Source: Somniosus microcephalus (taxonomy: Eukaryota). From it: a stretch of 64,000 nt of DNA. Location of the stretch: assembly GCA_052327205.1 (NCBI GenBank), contig CM126220.1, forward strand, positions 27,900,001 through 27,964,000, written 5' to 3'. The position numbers were made by a program, and so were the translations under genes. Of the stretch, positions 34,063 through 46,777 are shown in pieces (positions within the stretch are counted from its first letter, which is position 1; each line of letters starts with the position of its first letter). The notes under the pieces were generated by a model that saw only the letters and a list, made by a program, of their open reading frames with translations, ran no database searches and was not told where the DNA came from.

Positions 34063-34681
34063 GGCCCGTATTTTCCGATCCTAGGCCTCCTGGAAAAATC
34101 TATGCCCTTACCTGAGGGCTCCTAGGACGCATATGCTTTCGCTCCTGGGCCTCTCCAAACATGAAATGCGCAGGGCCCACGTATCTCAGAGGCGCAGGTA
34201 GTTCGCAGCTTCCCTGGGATCACATGGGCCATAGGGAGCCAATCAAAGAAGGGAATCTCCCTGTCAAATATATAAATGGAGATCACCCCAAAAACATAGT
34301 AAAACTTTAAATAATTTTTTTTTTTAAATCACATTTTTAAAATGGCTTGAAAATAAAAATGTAATTTTTTGAAAAAAGTTAAAAGTTTTTTACGGGGCTA
34401 AAAATAAACTTACCTTTTTTTAAAGTATTTTTAAATGATAAATCAGTGAAAAACCTGCTTTTACCAGGTGTATGAATTGTAAGTGTTTTCTGTGGGCGGA
34501 GGGTCTCCAAAAAGCGGAACTATCCGCCCGCAGAGGCCCTTCTCCAGGGCAGGCGGAGGATCTGTCAAGACCATCCGGTTTTCAGCTAGTACGCGGTGCA
34601 TGGCTGAAACCAGCATTTCCGATGTCCCTACGGGTGGGTACACAGCGCGTACTCACCTGTAGGGATCGGAATATCTGGGCC
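34063..34681. mobile_element. Nested Harbinger-like MITE
   Basis: TIRs ggcccgtattttccgatcc / ggatcggaatatctgggcc; 3-bp TSD ATC (34060-34062 / 34682-34684). Confidence 0.8.
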
Positions 34682-35120
34682 ATCATTGTTAAATGCCCCA
34701 TTAAAAGTTAGACCCTTTTGGATTAGGTGTAACTGGGGTTTTAACAGCGTATTGACTGCTAAACAAACGTTATGGATTTGAAAAACTAATTTTAATTTTG
34801 TGGAGTGTCAAATTTATCCATTGTAATAAAAATTTTAAATTTTAAGAAACTTTAATTTTTTTATTAAAAAAAAAGTTTGTTCCTCTTTATTTCAGTTTTA
34901 CCCTTTCTCCCTTTGAGAGCCCCAATCTTTGTTTTGCTCTCTATAACATTTTTTAAAAGTTAGAATAAAAGGAGCTTATTTGCTTCCTGGTTCCCGGTCT
35001 GTGAGAATTCTGCATTATGATTGGCTGCTTCGGCAGGTTGTTGACATCACAGCAGCTCGTGTTAGGGATTCCCCATTAACTTACTCTGCTCTCAACTAAA
35101 CGTTTGAAACGCCGAACTTC

Positions 35121-35872
35121 AATAGATTGGGAGAAGGGGAAGTGCAACGAGACCTGGGTGTCCTTGTGCACCAGTCGCTGAAGGTAAGCATGCAGGTGCA
35201 GCAGGCGGTTAAGAAGGCAAATGGTATGTTGGCCTTCGTAGCGAGAGGGTTCGAGTACAGGAACAAGGATGTCTTGCTGCAGTTGTACAGGGCCTTGGTG
35301 AGACCACACCTTGATTATTGTGTGCAGTTTTGGTTGCCTTATTTGAGGAAGGATGTTCTTGCCATGGAGGGAGTGCAGCGAAGATTCACCAGACTGATAC
35401 CTGGGATGGCAGGAATGAAAAATTAGGAGAGATTGGGTCGATTGGGCTTGTACTCGCTGGAGTTTAGAAGAATGAGAGGGGAACTCATTGAAACTTATAA
35501 AATTCTAACAGGACTAGACAGACTTGATGCAGGAAGGATGTTCCCGATGGCCGGGGACTCCAGAACCAGGGGTCACAGTCTAAGGATAAGGGGTAAGCCA
35601 CTTAGGACTTCGATGAGGAGGAATTTCTTCACCCAAAGAATGGTGAACCTGTGGAATTCTCTACCACAGAAGGCAGCTGAGGCCAATTCATTAAATATAT
35701 TCAAGAAGGAGTTATATATATTTCTTAAGGCTAAAGGGATCAAGGGATATGGGGAGAAGGCAGGGACCGGGTACTGAATTTGGATGATCAGCCATGATCT
35801 CATTGAATGGCGGAGCAGGCTCGAGGGGCCGAATGGCCTACTCCTGCTCCTATCTTCTATGTTTCTATGTTT
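35121..35872 (+). mobile_element. Young CR1 LINE 3' fragment
   Basis: QRDLGVLVHQSLKVSMQVQQAVKKANGML...; (tttctatg)n tail; same subfamily as 46904-48351. Confidence 0.93.
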
Positions 35873-37822
35873 CTCGCCACAGAGATTGCAAGATCTTTGT
35901 GGGAAGCTTACTTCGGGGCTAGCGAGGAACAGGTCATTTTGTTTATAATGATTTTGCAAAAAGGCAGGATCAGGCTTGGCTTTGATGTCTCCTGTGTTCA
36001 AACAGCCAGCCAGCACTCACTGTTTATAATGGGCACTTGAGAGTGTAGTTTCACTCCAAAAATGGAATAGTGGAAATCAATAAATCATTTGTGGTTTACA
36101 ATGTTCCCCCTGTGATATTTACAGGCAATCAGTGTTTGCTGCTGTGATGGGAAATGGGTGTCTTTTGAAAACCCGTAGCACGCATTTGCTGAAAGGTGAG
36201 TGTAGTTCTCTGACAATGATTAACGGTTTTAACTCATCTGCTGCAGCAAAGATGAGGCTCGAGGTAATCCCGCCAACCGACTCACCCCCCTCCCCCAGAT
36301 CTGACCGGAAAATCAGCAGAAAGTGGCGGAAAATTGCAGTGCCTGGAGGCCATCCGCCGATAGTAGGTAGGTGGTGGGATTGGCTGTTGGGGCTATCCCT
36401 TGGGGTTTAACGATGACATCATCAGGACCCGGCATGGATGCGGACAAAAGGGCCCCACCGGCTTTGGGCCGCCTGCTCAGGTGAGCAGGTTAAAATCAGG
36501 AATAGTCAGGTCCCAGTGGCTCCAGGGTGGGTAAGTAACCTAGACAATTTTATTTGCCTTCCCGTCCGGTTTCCACCAGGCACATAGTGTTAAAATCACA
36601 CACTTGGCTTTGGTGTAATATCATCAGCATTGCCTTTAAGGACACCTAATGCTTCTCAAGAGAACCTGTAATGTTTCACTGTCATTAGAATTCTGTTTAC
36701 AAACTCGTCACTCAGATTCCAGGAACAGATGGCTGCTAATTACATTAGTGATACCCTTGCAGTTCTCTCTGCACAGCTTTATCTCCTTAATTTTACATTT
36801 TCATGTAAAATGATTTTGGGACATTTGAGCACACAAATTTACAAGTCAAGTCATTCCAACAACTTCCCACCTACTAGTCTCCAGTTTTTTTTCAAGTCTA
36901 TTTTTATATTTTCTGTATTCTTTACACTTTTTTCAATGCATTTTCCATTCTATGGTTGCCCAGAAGTACAGTGCAAATGATCCACAGTCTGAAATGCACT
37001 AACCAGTCTACACAAAACAGACATAGTCCAATATCAACAGCCCACTAACACCCCACAACTACTAGCAACATTCCCGTCTGTATGGAAATTCCTGTATTTA
37101 GCAGGATTTGCAATATGACTGCTCATACTGGTCTTCCTTGATGCCTCAGGAGATAAATGTAATAGGTTGTGTGGTATAGGATTCAAGAAAGCCCCAGGTT
37201 TAATCCATAGTTTATGCTGATTTAGCTGGTCTCAAGTTGGATGGTACTAGTATACTACAATCAGCCTTGGTGTCTGCAGGTTCCTTGGGGGCGGGGGGCA
37301 GCGGGGCGGGTAGGAAGAGGGGGGAGAAGGGATATCGTCCAGGTCATTATTGCTACCCAGTGACTCTTTTTCAAAATTCCTTGCATAAAGATTTCAGGTG
37401 AGGACACGAATGAGCTTGGCTGTGATGTTCCTCACAATCACACAGCTTGCGAATTGTTTAGGATCAATGGTGGAGTTCAATGGTCAGTTTTATTTGTAGT
37501 AAGGATAAAGAAAATTGGGCAATGATCAATTTTCTGGGGGGCTAAGGTTGCAGAAGCAAAGGAGAGGGTGGGTGGACTAGTGCAGAGAGCAGAAGAATAC
37601 CCAATGTTGTCATCGATCCAGGAATAAATGAAATAGGGAGGACTTAGAGATGCTGAAAAGTGAGTTTAGGCAAATTGCCTGGAAATTGAAATAAAGCTGA
37701 GTTTTCTGGATTATTGCCAGTCCTTGGTAAACACACTGGCCTAGCATTTCCACAACGCTTTTGGCATAATTTCACCATATAATCAAGGCAAGTAACTCAA
37801 ATAAAAGGAACATTCCTTCTAC

Positions 37823-38085
37823 TCAAAATCAAAAATCAAATCAACTTTTATTGTCATTGTTAGTGCACAAGTGCAGTACAACAAAATGTAGGCTTGCGGC
37901 TCCCGAGAGTGTACATTTAGATTAAGACATTTAAACATTCAACATACATTTGGCTTGTAATACATTAACATAAACATAACCATAATAAAGTGCATTGGCA
38001 GATGTGCAGGCTTTAGAGTTTATTTGTGGAGTTCAGTAGGATGACAGCCCTGGGAAAGAAGCTGTTCAGTACCTATCCGAGAACA
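37823..38085 (-). mobile_element. Rex1/Babar-type LINE 3' end
   Basis: Minus strand reads VLNSFFPRAVILLNS* followed by gacAATAAA and a (gattt)n-like tail. Confidence 0.65.
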
Positions 38086-38599
38086 TGACAACACATCTCC
38101 CCTCTTTGCCCCTACATAACTGTGCCAATAATCACACCTAATTGAATAAGTCAGCACCAAATAAGTGTGCCCTTTGCTGTATGACTCTAAACTGCATGAA
38201 TAACAAAGCACAACAAAAGTGCACATTCTATTTTATTGCAAGAAAGCCCAAAGTAAATACAAGCCAACCTAACACCGTTCTTCTCCTGGTTGGCTACATT
38301 TGCCTTTCTTTCACCTATTCGCATACTTCTCCTCAGTGCACCCTTAGGGCCAATGTCACAAGAGGTGGTTGGTTGCATACGTTCTGCAAAAGGGTCATGG
38401 GACTGAGGTGGCCATCTCTCACGACAGCTGGCTCCTGAAAGGAAGCCGCTGTTCGTTGCCTCTCTGGTGCTTGTTTCCGGGCAGCTTGGTGTTGCCTATG
38501 TTCCGCTGGTGTGGTGCTCTGCGAGGGAAGGCCAGAGGGCTGGCATGTGCTGCTGTCCTGAGAAACAGTATTATCAGGCAGGTTAACTCCAGCTGTTGC

Positions 38600-39900
38600 T
38601 ACCCCACTGGGTACTTCTGGTCGAAGATTTAATTCCTAGTTTACTACTCCCCGAGTGAGATGAGGTTGAACGGTGGGAGGCTTTGGGCAGCTAGAGGTCG
38701 CAGTAGCAAGGGGTGCTGTGCCCACGTCTGAAGTTCCTTCATGTAATCATTGGAGGGGGCCTTAAGGAGGTGGGCTCACTGCCACTGTCCAGAGAGACAG
38801 CGACAGCTGCAGCACTCGTTGTTGCTCAATGGCACAGGGCACAGGAGCAGAGGTACTACTGGTTGGTGCCATCACAGACTGAATAGCCCCAAACGAGTCT
38901 TGGAAGTCCCTGCAGGTGTCCTGTTCAAAGCATCTATTCCTAGTGTCATGATACTGCAGCAATCTTCTGGGCTGTCAAAGTCTCCAGGATGTTCTGCAGG
39001 TTGTGAGAAAGTTCCTGCAATGCATTGCAGATGCAGGTAGTGGACTCCTCCCACTTACCCAACATCTCAGGCAAATGTGTGGAAACACTCTCCACTGCCT
39101 GCAGATGAGATCAATGCTCCAGAATCATAGCTCTTTTGAAGAATGGACCCCCATGCTCCTCAGTTGATGGTGGCTGTTTAACACCCCCTTCCCCCCCACC
39201 CATAAAGAAATGGCACTCTTCCTCTCTAAGGACTTCATTCTCACCAGTATTCCGTGACTCACTCAATGACAATCCTTATGACTGTTTAACTAATTTCTCA
39301 CAAGTGGGTGTCTCTGTGCTGGTGCTTGTACATGTAATAGGTCAGGATGGAGTTGGTGAGGATGTGCCAGCAACTGTGGATCTGGAAGTGACTAGGAGGT
39401 GGTCATCAGAGTGGCTGGCCTCTTCCTCCAAGACACTATGATGTGAAAGGCAGAAAAGCTTGTTTAGCTGTGCGCACAACGATAGTTGTTCTTGAAGAAA
39501 GTACGGATGAGTGTAAGGGCATTGCAATTCTTTGAGAAAGCTCGATGAAGCTGAAATTACATATGATGCGACTTGCCCAATCTTTACCAATCTTTTCTTG
39601 CCAGCTCGCCTCCAACTTTGCCTTCTCCTACTACCTTGCCCTCTCCTACAGGCTCTCCTGTTCATCTGCCTACTCAGTCTAACATCTCCTCTTCCTGTGG
39701 ATGCAGAGATTTCAATGATGGTAGTCCCCCGCCAGTTGTCTTTCTGTGGTGTTAATTGTGTGCCAATTTTCCTCTGGAGGGACAGAAGAGAATGTTACAG
39801 GCCTGTGCGTGTCATGAAAGCCTGCCCTATATGAGGCCATGCATGCCAGGATCATGAGAGGTGATGGTGCCATGTCCCTTTCAATGAAGGGTCCTTGAAG
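38600..39900 (-). mobile_element. Possible highly degenerate Harbinger Myb/SANT-like gene remnant
   Basis: Minus-strand W-QVASYVISASSSFLKELQC resembles the Myb/MADF W..VA..V....R...QC motif; similarity is weak. Confidence 0.3.
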
Positions 39901-39959
39901 ACTGAGAGACTAGTCCTTGAAGACTGCTTGTTGTAGGGCTGGTGGAGGTTCAGAGATAG

Positions 39960-40178
39960 GAAGTGGCAAGACCATTAAGGGATCGAAATACAAGCATGAT
40001 CATTTTAAATTTGAGGTGTTGGGAGACTTGGGGCCAATATAGGTGGGTGAGCAGGAGCTGGTGTGTGATAGGATATGGGCAAAGTTTTGGCTGAGTGCAA
40101 ATTTACGGAGTGTAGAAGATAGAATTCTGGCCAGGAGAGAATTGGAATATTTGAATCCGGTGACAAAGTCCTGGACAT
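39960..40178 (-). mobile_element. L2 LINE fragment
   Basis: Matches the 58250-58480 region (IQAFVTS.LDYSNSLLA equivalent; ORF reads VQDFVTGFKYSNSLLA). Confidence 0.65.
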
Positions 40179-40209
40179 AATGCGACCCTGGTGGTTGCTG
40201 AGGCACCAC

Positions 40210-40570
40210 AGTGACCCCACCCTAATCAACAGCATCTGCTCCACCTATTCTACTCAATGACTCAACACCTACCTATTTTAATCACCAGACTTAGCCTCAC
40301 CTACTCTGATCAATAATGCCAGCCCCAATTACTTTAATCAACAATGCCAGCTCCATCAATTATAATCAATAATCACAGCCCTAACTACACTAGGCAATAA
40401 CCCCAGTCCCACCAATTCTAATGAAAAATTCCACCCCACTTGCTCTGCTCAATAATTACAGTCCCCATTTACTCTAATCAGTAAACTACTCTACTCTAAT
40501 AAATGACCCCAGCCCTTTTTACTTAATCAGTGATCACAGCTCCCTTTACCTTACTGAAATGATCAAAGGT
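40210..40570 (+). repeat. Degenerate 28-bp minisatellite, about 12 units
   Basis: Units such as gccagccccaattactttaatcaacaat / gccagctccatcaattataatcaataat / cccagtcccaccaattctaatgaaaaat keep a 28-bp period. Confidence 0.75.
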
Positions 40571-41439
40571 ACTAATCAGCACTTTAAGCACCCGCACCAT
40601 GTTCTATAATGCCTTTCCAGCTTGTATGACGGGCAACTTCATTCTGACAAACAAAACTCACTCTCAAAGATGATGACCTGGATTTACTGCACTTTGGTAA
40701 TTGGCGCGCATCTCCAGGGGGTGGGACTTCTGTCTGCCACAATGCGCTTACGCCAGCTGATCTTCTAACCTAAGGGTGGTTTGAATATTGGAGGTGGGCT
40801 TCCTGGTCTCTGCCAAGAATTTGTACCAGATGGTGGGGTGGAATTTTGGTGCAGCAGGCCCGGAGGCCGGCTACAGCATAAAAATGTGTAGGGAGCATCT
40901 GCACTGCCTGCAAAACTCACCTACATTTTCTGTATTTTATTGACAACGCCACTTTACCCTGTGTAAGTCCACACTCTCCAAGCACTTGCACGGGGCCTGA
41001 CTTACAAAAAGCATTTATCAGCCCTTCCACTGTCCATTCAAAGGATGCAAATTGAGGGAAATATGTCAAAGGACTTGATTTACATTTTCCCAGCGTACAA
41101 TCCTACACTGGGCCCAAAGGGGGTGTGAAGGCACATAGGAAGAGGTACGGAAGTGACAGAACATGACTGAGCAATTTTCTAACTTTGTCCATTCCAGATC
41201 CACTGGAAAATCAGTGGGGGAGGGATCGGTGGTTAATCCAGCCTGATATTTCCTCTCCTGAACTGTTGATTCTGCTGGGACTCCATGCCACTAACCTCTT
41301 AACCATGTGGCCATTCATGCATGAACCTCGATGGTGAGTGTAGGGAGGCTATTCAACCATAAAGGGTACTGCATCCTGTTCTCACTCAACTCCCAGTCGG
41401 GTGTAATCAGATATTGTTCAGCACAACAACTCTTCGTTT

Positions 41440-41970
41440 TTTCTAAGCAGCCAATCACATTGCAGAATTCTCAGACAGGGAAGCAGGAAATGAGAACCTG
41501 CTTTTATCCCAACTTTAAAAAAAAGATGTTACAGAGAGCAAAGCAAAAAATGGGGCTCTTGCATGGGGATAAGGTAGAATATGAAATATCATGAACAACC
41601 TTTTACATTTTTTTTCAAGTTACTTAAAAATTGTAATCTTTATCATAATGGAGAAATTTGACACTCCACAAAATTAAAATGAGTTATTCAGGACCATAAT
41701 GTTTGTTTTGCAGTCAATATGCTGTCAAAACCCCAGTTACACCTAATCCAACAAGGCCTGACATTTAATGGGATATTACCACGGAAAAACCCAAGGTTTT
41801 GTCAGTTTCACTGATGAAGGTGATGGAGCAGTGAATGACTGGCCGCAACTTCAGGATTTCCATGTTTAGATGCGCATGCACTACATCCTGAAGTTGCGGT
41901 CAATGTTAAAGTGGTAATAATGGCGAATGCAGTTAGTTCGCCGTTATTGTCCAACGCAAATTCCGGCCCA
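41440..41970. mobile_element. MITE, inverted sister copy of the 33835 element lacking the nested insert
   Basis: Ends cgcaaattccggcc; contains the ccgcaacttcaggat...atcctgaagttgcgg hairpin. Confidence 0.7.
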
Positions 41971-42449
41971 TTAAAGTGTGGTCTTTTTCAGTGCAATTTG
42001 CTTGGTAGACAGGGTATAGCACGAATAATGGGTGTTCTTTTTTTGTTTTGTGTATTTTCATTTGCTATCCATCCATTATGGAGCAATAATGTGTTCATTA
42101 TAATTTGATCATGGACACATTTCTTAGAAAGGCAAAAGTGAATCAATTAAATCACTCAATTTATGTTTATTCAAGGAAAATTCTGGAATTTTTTTTATGA
42201 TTGACAACACAAATAGCCATTTATAACTCGCTGTTTGTTAGCCCATCCCTCGCCTCTTTCCAAGCCATTGAAATTGTTGGCAGCATAAAGATAGAAATCA
42301 TTTTCAGCTTGAATGTAAAAATAAATTTGCTATCTTGTATAAAAACATGGAAGCAGTGTCAAGTATTTACGTTTGAATATTCCCATTCCCCAGAGAGTGG
42401 ATTCTTTATTTATGCTTCCTTTTTATCTTTCCTCCACTGCTGTCAGACT

Positions 42450-42860
42450 TGGCCCCTCCCATCAGTGCTGCCAAACCCTGTGTGCTCCTGCCTTCTAGTA
42501 CTGCCTGATCCTAGGAATCTCTGAGCATTTGCCTCCTTCTGCTTTCTCCATTCCCGTCTGCTGTGCCAAACCCAGGACCTCACAAATATCTCAAAATCCT
42601 GGGTCCCTCTCCCCAGTGCTGCCAAATCCGAGGACCTTCAAGATTCCCCCACTCTCCAGGACCTCCTCGCAGTGCAGCTAAACCTCAGAACCACCCTCTC
42701 AGTACATCCAAATCCCACCACCTCCACTGCATGCTGCCAATCTCCAGGACTTGTAAGTGCTGGGACCTCCTCCCAAATCTGCCACACAGGATCACCCCTT
42801 TCCCCATTGCTGCCAAAACCTAGATCCCTCTCCTTCAGTGCTACTATATCCCACAACTCT
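42450..42860 (+). repeat. Degenerate C-rich minisatellite, unit about 30 bp
   Basis: Recurring cagtgctgccaaa.ccc.ggacc.tctc motif. Confidence 0.6.
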
Positions 42861-43702
42861 TCCTTTCCTCAAAGCTGCTAAATGTGAGGTACCCATCTCC
42901 AAAGCTGGAAAATTGTCTGCTATCTTTTTGTGTACACTGGATTGTAAAAAAGATTGGAGATATAATTTACCACATAAGTAAACATGACATTTAATAATAA
43001 TCAAATCCACCGATTTATAGCTTTCACAGAAAAATGAACAGAATCGTGAAAATTGATTTCCAAATACTGATGAAAATCCCAGAATATCATCTGATAAAAA
43101 TATAATTTAACAAATTCATTCACCCTAAATCAGTAGCCTTGATAATAATACATGGCATAACATCCCTATTGTTATAAAACAATATATCCTCTAACTCAAC
43201 ATGGACAATTCCATCAGGGCTCTGTCGGCAGTGTTGTTAAAGCGGTATGGCTGCAAACATTTCCAGTTATCCATCACACTGCACATCATCCTGTAGTTCA
43301 TTGGTTGAAATTTCAATTTCATGAAACAGTTACAAAGACTACTATATAGGTAGACACCATGCCAACTGGCAAGTAGCTAAAGGGGGATGAAAACCACTAA
43401 TTGGGAAAATAAAAGAAACACAAATCAAGATGGGCAGTCAGTAAAGCTACCAATAAAATAAACTGAGTCAGTCAAATCATTCAAAATGTTTTTCAAAAAT
43501 GTTTTGTATGTTATTTTCTTTTCCCACAGACTAAAATATCCAGAGTTGAAAATAGGTGATCAGAAAATCCATGGTGGTGGGTGGGGGGCAGTGGCAGGTG
43601 CGTGGGCGTGGAAGGGAATAAGTGATGATATGATCTGCTGTCCTGGGACCTCCCGCACCGACCTTACAATATGAATAGTGCATGCTCTCATGCCACTGGG
43701 GA

Positions 43703-43905
43703 TAAAGAAAGGAAGTTCCATTTATATAGCACCTTTCACAACCTCGGGACATACCAAAGCGCTTTACATCCAATGAAATACTTTTTGAAGTGTAGTCACA
43801 ATGTAATGTAGGAAATAGGGCAGCCAATCTGCGCACAGCAAGATCACACAAACAGCAATGTGATAATGATCAGATGTTCTGTTTTAGTGATGTTGGTTGA
43901 GGATA
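43703..43905 (-). mobile_element. DeuSINE 3' fragment
   Basis: atttatatagcacctttcac...gcagccaatctgcgcacagcaag. Confidence 0.8.
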
Positions 43906-44668
43906 TATATATCTCGGGCAAGTGGTTGGTGCGGAAAAAATGTCAGTGAAAATAAATCCTTGGTATTCAGGGTCCAGTTCTGGGCCTGGACCCCCAGTTG
44001 GTCCCCCACATGAACTGTTGCACAGCCCAGTTACACTGGCCTTGCCAGAGGTACCAGCTACCGGTGTTTGATGGGCCTTTGCTAGGCCAGGGGCACAGGA
44101 ACTTCCAGAGTTGGGAGTCTCTGCTATCGGCCCACCCCTTTTGTGCCAATGGGCTTGCCGGGGCGGGTGGAGACTCCACCCTCGCAACCCCCCCGATAAA
44201 AACTGAGACAATGTCCTAACCTGGTATATCTGAATTCTGACCCAATTTGCTGGCCTTCTGCTGCATTCTCACCATCATCATGGCAGGAGTGCGCCAGAAG
44301 GGCTGCAGATTTTCAGCCCTAAGGCTTCTAACATAATTAACACATAAAAATATTCCCAATAACATGATTAGACTAACATATCAAATTGTGTTTTGTACCT
44401 TCGAGTGCCTTCGTTAACATTTTTAGTTGGAGGCCTCAGCTTCTTTCACATTACTGAGCTTGCAGCTGATACTTTTTCCAGAGCTATCACTCAGTCAGCT
44501 GATATGAGTTATCAAATACACCTGTGCCCTGCAAGGTCCAGAATGCCACAGTTTGAGCATATGCACATATGCAGCATGCAGAATTTCCAAATGATTTGAG
44601 AATCCGCTGGGAAATTAATTTGAAGAATTCTTTTCAGGTAAGGTTTTTTCATTTAAACTATTATTAAC

Positions 44669-45413
44669 TGTATATTGTTTTTACTTCAGATAGTGGGTCT
44701 AGCTCAGAGACAGAGCGAGGAGAAACGTGAATGATAGTATACCTACCATGGCAAGCTAAATGGCTTGGTATATTCCCAGAGCATGATGAGATAGTTAGCA
44801 TATAATGTGAAGGAGCGAAGTGTGTATGTGCAGTGAAGCACAAAGAATCAGCTGAACTCGGCTGACAGAGAGGCCGAGATAAAAACTGAACAAAGGCAGC
44901 TGGTGTAAAGTAGAACTAACTTTGAGTGTAAGATAATCTTAGAATTAGGTCCAGATAATCACAAGATGAACAATGTGAAGAGACAGTGCCAGAGTTAGTC
45001 AAGTCAATGCAACCTTATACAGAAAAATACTGAGAGATGAGTTTAGTGTAACAAGGTAATGAATGCAGGATTCAGCTTGAGGACTGGTATAGATAAAGAA
45101 TTGTGGCCCATATTCCACATAATTTCACGTCAAAACCAGTAACGTGACATCTGCTGAGTCCGTATGAGTGACAGCTGCAGACAAAGTAGGTGTGTAAGTA
45201 GGTATAAATATGTAATTAAACCCTGTTAGATGAACTCAGCATTAGGAAAGCCTGGATTGGTGATGCTCCTAGCCCCCGATGAGTCTCCTATGGGTGAGTG
45301 TATGGACGTATAACTTACTTGTATTATTCACGTGTGCTGTCCAATAAAATCTGTCAAGTTGATCTGACGCCTGGGTTTCAAACCTTTATTCGTGGAGTGT
45401 GGATAATTTTGCA
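44669..45413 (+). mobile_element. Probable ERV-like solo LTR, about 745 bp
   Basis: TG...CA candidate ends, repeated AGATAA motifs, TATAAA at 45203-45208 and AATAAA at 45343-45348; no convincing TSD. Confidence 0.5.
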
Positions 45414-46777
45414 ATAAAAGGGAGCGATTAACGAATTTCCGTTTCCTTTTGCTTATGTTGAGAATTCAGAAACAGAATATATTTATTTTTCTCAGTGCTA
45501 ATGTTGAAATATATTTTTCATCATCTTATAAGAGGATTTCTGAGTTTCTATCATTTTCCAAATGCTTAGAAATGAAGCTGTAAAATAAATTTCAGAAACT
45601 TTTTGAGTAAAATTTGCACAATCAAAACTATTATTGACTGCTTTTTATTACTTCAGAAAGTTTAGCTAGAAAAGGGAGACTAGAGAGGGAGAAAGATAGA
45701 GAGACAAAAGATTATTACAATACCCATGCTTTCTTTTGTTTATACTGAGAATTCCAAAATAATTGTTTAAAACAAGATTTGATTATGCAGCTGTACTAGC
45801 TATACTCAGAGTGTACTGTCAACTAGCCAAAAAAACTATAAACAACAAAAGGAACAAACAGCTGAAAAATAGTAATGTTTTTTACACAATAAGCCATTAA
45901 ATAAAAATGATGTGACAAGTATTGTTTGTGATAATTTTTTTTGCTTCTTCACTTGACGTTTGTGTGTGGCAGGGTTATTTATTTATGCAGCTTATATATT
46001 TAGTTATTGTTCCAAAGAAAGAAAGCGAATACTTATTTATACAATAGCACTACATAAGGAAAACACCATTTTCTTAGGAACAATGAAAAACACGCTGCTA
46101 CTTCCAGGGAGACCTCTTACAAACTTCTTTCTGAATTCTTTCACTACAGATGTCCTCCAGCACTTCTACATTTCCATACTGTTGTACTCTCTCCCTTAAA
46201 ACAGCATAACCTCTAACTCATTGTAAGCAATCGGAGATCTGCTAGTAATATAAAAATGGTATGACTGCGTACATTTCCTGTTGTCCAGCACATTTCCTGT
46301 AGCCTTAAATGGACATACTGCAATCTAAACAGCAGAATAATCAATCCTACATTACATGGAATAACACTCCTGTTGTTATAAAACAGCATTTCCTCCAACA
46401 TCATAAGCAATATCACAGGGAGTCCACCAGTAATTCTTGTACGTCTTGCGTATACAGGGTATTGTGCTTCTGCCACACTGTCAAAGTGCTTCAAACTTTC
46501 AAACTGTCAGACCTAAAAGTGTTACACTTGAACATGCACCTGATTGGCTCAAATATTGTTTTCATAAAACACCAACAAAGCACAACCAAATAGGTACAAA
46601 TGTGCCAATGCACAATCAGCTAAAAAAAAAAACACCAATCAAAGGTTAACGGTCAACACACAACTGCCAATAAATTAGAAGAGGAACCAATTAAATTGCT
46701 CAAATCATTTTTTGAAAATTGCTTGGATGCCATTTGCCAGTTAGGCCTTTATAATTTCAAATAAATATAAATGAATT

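Larger units (their letters stand above)
33835..35935. mobile_element. Harbinger-like MITE with an internal hairpin, split by a nested MITE and a CR1; itself inserted in a SINE-X
   Basis: Starts ggcccggaatttgcg; reverse-complement copy at 41440-41970; SINE-X pieces at about 33620-33830 and 35960-36040. Confidence 0.65.
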
